A stretch of DNA of 64,000 nt, taken from Eledone cirrhosa (taxonomy: Eukaryota). The DNA is taken from contig OZ024743.1 of assembly GCA_964016885.1 (NCBI GenBank), positions 142,600,001 through 142,664,000 of the forward strand, read 5' to 3'. Shown here in pieces: positions 60,401 to 64,000 of the stretch; within the stretch, counting starts at the first letter, position 1; each line of letters starts with the position of its first letter. A program made the translations under genes and the position numbers. The notes under the pieces were generated by a model. That model had not been told where the DNA came from. It made no database searches and saw only the letters and a list, made by a program, of their open reading frames with translations.

Positions 60401-63400
60401 AAGCCCCTAGCACCAAACACCAAGCAGCAAGCAGCAAGCTCCAAACACCAAACACCAAGCACCAAGCACCAAACACCAAACACCAACCACCAAGCACAAA
60501 ATACCAAACACCAAGCACAATGGACCAAACATCAAACACCAAGCACCAAGCACCAAACGCCTAACACCAAGCACCAAGCACCAAGCACCAAGCACCAAAC
60601 ACCAAGCACCAATCACCAAACACCAAACACCAAGCACCGAACACCAAGCACCAGGCACCAAACACCAAACACCAAGCACCAAGCACCAAACACCAAACAC
60701 CAAGACCGAAGCACCAAACACCAAGCACCAAAGTCCAAACACAAAACACCAATCAACAAGCAGCAAGCACCAAACACCAAACACCAAGCACCAAGCACCA
60801 AACACCAAACACCAAGCACCAAGAACCTAACATCAAACACCAATCATCAAGCACCAAACACCTAACACCAAGCACCAAGCACCAAGCACCAAACACCAAG
60901 CACCAAACACAAAGCACCAAGCACCAAACACCAAGCACCAAGCACCAAACACCAAGCACCAAGCACCAAACACCAAACCCCAAGCACCAAACACCAAACC
61001 CAAAGCACCAAGCACCAAACACTAATCACCAAGCACCAAGCACCAAACATCAAGCACCAAGCACCAAGCACCAGGCACCAAGCACCAAGCACCAAACACT
61101 AATCACCAAGCACCAAACACCAACCACCAAACACCAAGCACCAAGCCCCAAGCGCCAAACACCAGGCACCAAGCACCAAATACCAAACACCAAGCACCAA
61201 AGACCAAGCACCAAGCACCAAGCACCAAGCACCAAACAATAAGCACCAAGCACCAAGCACCAAACACCAAACACCAACCACCCAGCACCAAGCACCAAGC
61301 ACCAAACACCAAGCACCAAACACCAAACACCAAACACCAAGCACCAAGCACCAAGCACCAAACACCAAGCACCAAACACTAAGCACCAAAGACCAAGCCC
61401 CAAGCACCAAGCACCAAACACCAAACACCAAGCACCAAGCACCAAACACCAAGCACCAAACACCAAGCACCAAACACCAAACACTAAGTCCCACACACCA
61501 AGCACCAAACACCAAACAGCAAGCACCAAGCACCAAACACCAAGCATCAAGCACCAAGCCCCTAACAGCAAACACCAAACACCAAGCACCAAGCACAAAA
61601 CACCAAGCACAAATCACCAAGCACCAAACACCAAGCAGCAAGCAGCAAGCACCAAACACCAAACACCAAGCACGAAGCACCAAACACCAAACAACAAGCA
61701 CCAAGGACCAAACATCAAACACCAAGCACCAAGCACCAAACACCTAACACCAAGCACCAAGCACCAAGCACCAAGCACCAAACACCAAGCACCAAACACC
61801 AAGCACCAAGCACCAAGTAACAAACATCAAACACCAAGCCCCAAGCACCAAACAACAAGCACCAAACACCAAACCCCAAGCACCAATCACCAAACACTAA
61901 TCACCAAGCACCAAGCACCAAACACCAAGCACCAAGCACCAAGCACCAAACACCAAACACCAAACACCAAGCACCAAGCACCAAACACCAAACACCAAAC
62001 ACCAAGCACCAAGCACCAGGCACCAAGGACCAAACACCAGGCACCAAGCACCAAGCACCAAACACCAAGCACCAAGCACCAAACACCCAGCACCAAGCAC
62101 CAAGCACCAAACACCAAGCACCAAGCACCAAACACCAAACACCAAACACCAAGCACCAAGCACCAAACAGCAAGCACCAAACACCAAACACCAAACAGCA
62201 AACACCAAACAGCAAACACCAAACACCAAACAGCAAACAGCAAACACCAAACACCAAACACCAAGCACCAAGCACCAAACACCAAGCACCAAGCACCAAA
62301 CACCAAGCACCAAGCACCAAGCACCAAACACCAAGCACCAAGCACCAAACACCAAACCCCAAGCACCAAACACCAAACTGCAAGCACCAGGCACCAAACA
62401 CTAATCACCAAGCACCAAGCACCAAACAACAAGCACCAAGCACCAAGCAGCAGGCACCAAGCACCAAGCACCAAACACAAAACACCAAGGACCAAGCACC
62501 AAGCAGCAAACACCAAGCATCAAACACCAAACACCAAACACCAAGCACCAAACACCAAGCACCAAGCACCAAACACCAAACACCAAGCACCAAGCACCAA
62601 ACACCAAACATCAAGCACCAAACACCAGATACCAAGCACCAAGCACCAAACGCCAAACACCAAACACCAAGCACCAAGCACCAAGCTCCAAATACCAAAC
62701 ACCAAGCACCAAGCACCAAACACCAAACACCAAGCACGCAGCATCAAACACCAAGCACCAAACACCAAGCACCAAGCACCAAGCACCAAGTACCAAACAC
62801 CAAACACCAAGCACCAAACACCAGACACCAAGCACCAAGCACCAAGCACGAAACACCAGGCACCAAGCACCAAACACCAAACTCCAAACACCAAGCACCA
62901 AACACCAGCCACCAAGCACCAAGCACCAAACACCAAACACCAACCACTAAGCACCAAACACCAAACAACAAGCACCAGGCACCAAGCACCAAGCACCAAA
63001 CTCCAAACACCAAGCACCAATTACCAAACTCCAAGCACCAAGCACCAAACACCAAACCCCAAGCACCAAACACCAAACACCAAGCACCAAGCACCAAACA
63101 CCAAGCACCAAGCAGCAAGCACCAAGCACCAAACACCAAACCCCAAGCACCAAACACCAAACCGCAAGCACCAAGCACCAAACACTAATCACCAAGTACC
63201 AAGCACCAAACACAAAACACCAAGCACCAAGCACCAAGCACCATACACCAAGCACCAAGCACCAAGCACCAAACACCAAATACCAAACACCAAGCACCAA
63301 GAACCAAACACCAAACACCAAACAGCAAGCACCAAGCACCAAACACCAAGCACCAAACACCAAACCCCAAGCACCAAACACCAAGCACCAAGCACCAAAC

Positions 63401-64000
63401 ACCAAACACCAAACACTAAGCACCAAGAACCAAACACCAAACACCAAACAGCAAGCACCAAGCACCAAGCACCAAGCACCAAACACCAAGCACCAAGCAC
63501 CAAGCACCAAGCACCAAACACCAAGCACCAAGCACCAAACACCCAGCACCAAACACCAAACAGCAAGCACCAAGCACCAAACACCAAGCCCCAAACACCA
63601 AACCCCAAGCACCAATCACCAAACACTAATCACCAAGCACCAAGCACCAAACACCAAGCACCAAGCAGCAAGCACCAAACACCAAGCACCAAGCACCAAG
63701 CACCAAACACCAAGCACCAAGCACCAAAGACCAAAACCCAAGCACCAAAGACCAAGCACCAAGCACCAAGGACCAAACACCAAGCACCAAGCACCAAGCA
63801 CCAAACACCAAGCACCAAGCACCAAACACCCAGCACCAAGCACCAAGCACCAAACACCAAGCACCAAACACCAAACACCAAGCACCAAGCACCAAACAGC
63901 AAGCACCAAACACCAAACACCAAACAGCAAACACCAAACAGCAAACACCAACCACCAAACAGCAAACAGCAAACGCCAAACACCAAGCACCAAGCACCAA
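39420..64000 (+). repeat. Large segmental duplication, ~15.5-15.6 kb offset (~39420-48360 vs ~55040-64000)
   Basis: The copies share private variants: caccat 40217/55841 (+15624), cacctag 44304/59872 and catgaaa 44815/60383 (+15568), and caccaat-taccaaa 47475/63015 (+15540). Module order is collinear over about 9 kb. Confidence 0.9.
46960..54290 (+). repeat. Dispersed duplication, ~5.3-5.4 kb offset (~46960-48870 vs ~52250-54290)
   Basis: ORF-track 47988..48425 vs 53407..53844 and 48429..48821 vs 53848..54240 differ by 5419 (774 units + 1), consistent with the 8-nt unit at 51976 between them. Both carry gaccaaa-acccaag and a triple cagcaaa run. Confidence 0.82.

Larger units (their letters stand above)
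1..64000 (+). repeat. Heptamer satellite array (CACCAAR)n, ~9,140 units, same orientation throughout, extending beyond both window ends
   Basis: Every line parses into 7-nt units, mostly CACCAAG or CACCAAA, with a minority carrying 1-3 substitutions. The + strand is A/C-rich with very little T. No reverse-complement (YTTGGTG) tract and no non-repeat insert was seen. Confidence 0.99.

Noticed and set aside
711-63630. CRISPR-like repeat/spacer array using the cactaat motif as the direct repeat
   Set aside because: The intervening segments are hundreds to thousands of bp of the same heptamer, are not unique and vary widely in length. There is no palindromic repeat, leader or cas gene.
96-64000. 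Hundreds of minus-strand ORFs encoding W/C/L/V/G-rich 'membrane-like' proteins
   Set aside because: They are the automatic translation of (YTTGGTG)n. The consensus has no stop codon, all three frames give the same heptapeptide, starts are repeat-derived GTG/TTG, and the ORFs overlap in all frames.
1-64000. One giant repetitive protein exon (mucin, adhesin or silk-like)
   Set aside because: The unit length of 7 is not a multiple of 3. Stop-containing variants (cactaat, cactaag, cacctaa, cccctag) are frequent, and duplications are multiples of 7 but often not of 21, so no reading frame is preserved.
1-64000. Canonical telomere repeat or cyanobacterial STRR heptamer repeats
   Set aside because: There are no TTAGGG, TTTAGGG or TTAGG arrays; isolated cctaa/ccctag occurrences are point variants of the monomer. 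STRR tracts are short, interspersed among genes and have different consensus sequences.
1-64000. Strong G-quadruplex, hairpin or structured ncRNA
   Set aside because: The G-rich strand has mostly GG doublets, and GGGG occurs only in scattered variants. The near absence of T and low G on the + strand preclude extensive self-complementarity.
1-64000. Pure sequencing/basecalling artefact or simulated low-complexity sequence
   Set aside because: Rare variants recur in consistent, hierarchically nested contexts tens of kb apart, with small differences between copies, as expected from real duplication history. Exact copy numbers of the youngest blocks could still be mis-assembled.

Overview
The whole 64 kb window is one uninterrupted, single-orientation tandem array of a 7-bp unit, CACCAAR (CACCAAG/CACCAAA; minus strand YTTGGTG), about 9,140 units long. 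It runs off both ends of the window. I found no unique DNA, inversion, transposon, RNA gene, CRISPR array or credible protein-coding gene; the ORF track only shows the translated heptamer (TKHQAPS-type on +, WCLVLGA-type on -). The structure lies inside the array. Rare variant units (tcccacg, cccctag, cactaat, cacgcag, gaccgaa, cagcaaa and others) act as landmarks. They show modules of a few hundred bp that have been shuffled and re-duplicated at nested scales: about 40-420 bp, 1.4 kb, 3.5 kb, 3.9-4.1 kb, 4.8 kb, 5.4 kb and 15.5 kb. The 7-nt register is broken at only 10 places that I found. It is most likely eukaryotic satellite DNA (centromeric, pericentromeric or telomere-associated). Organism and function cannot be determined from the sequence, and I do not recognise it as a named satellite. 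Counts and offsets were worked out by hand from the sequence and the ORF-track coordinates, so block boundaries are approximate.
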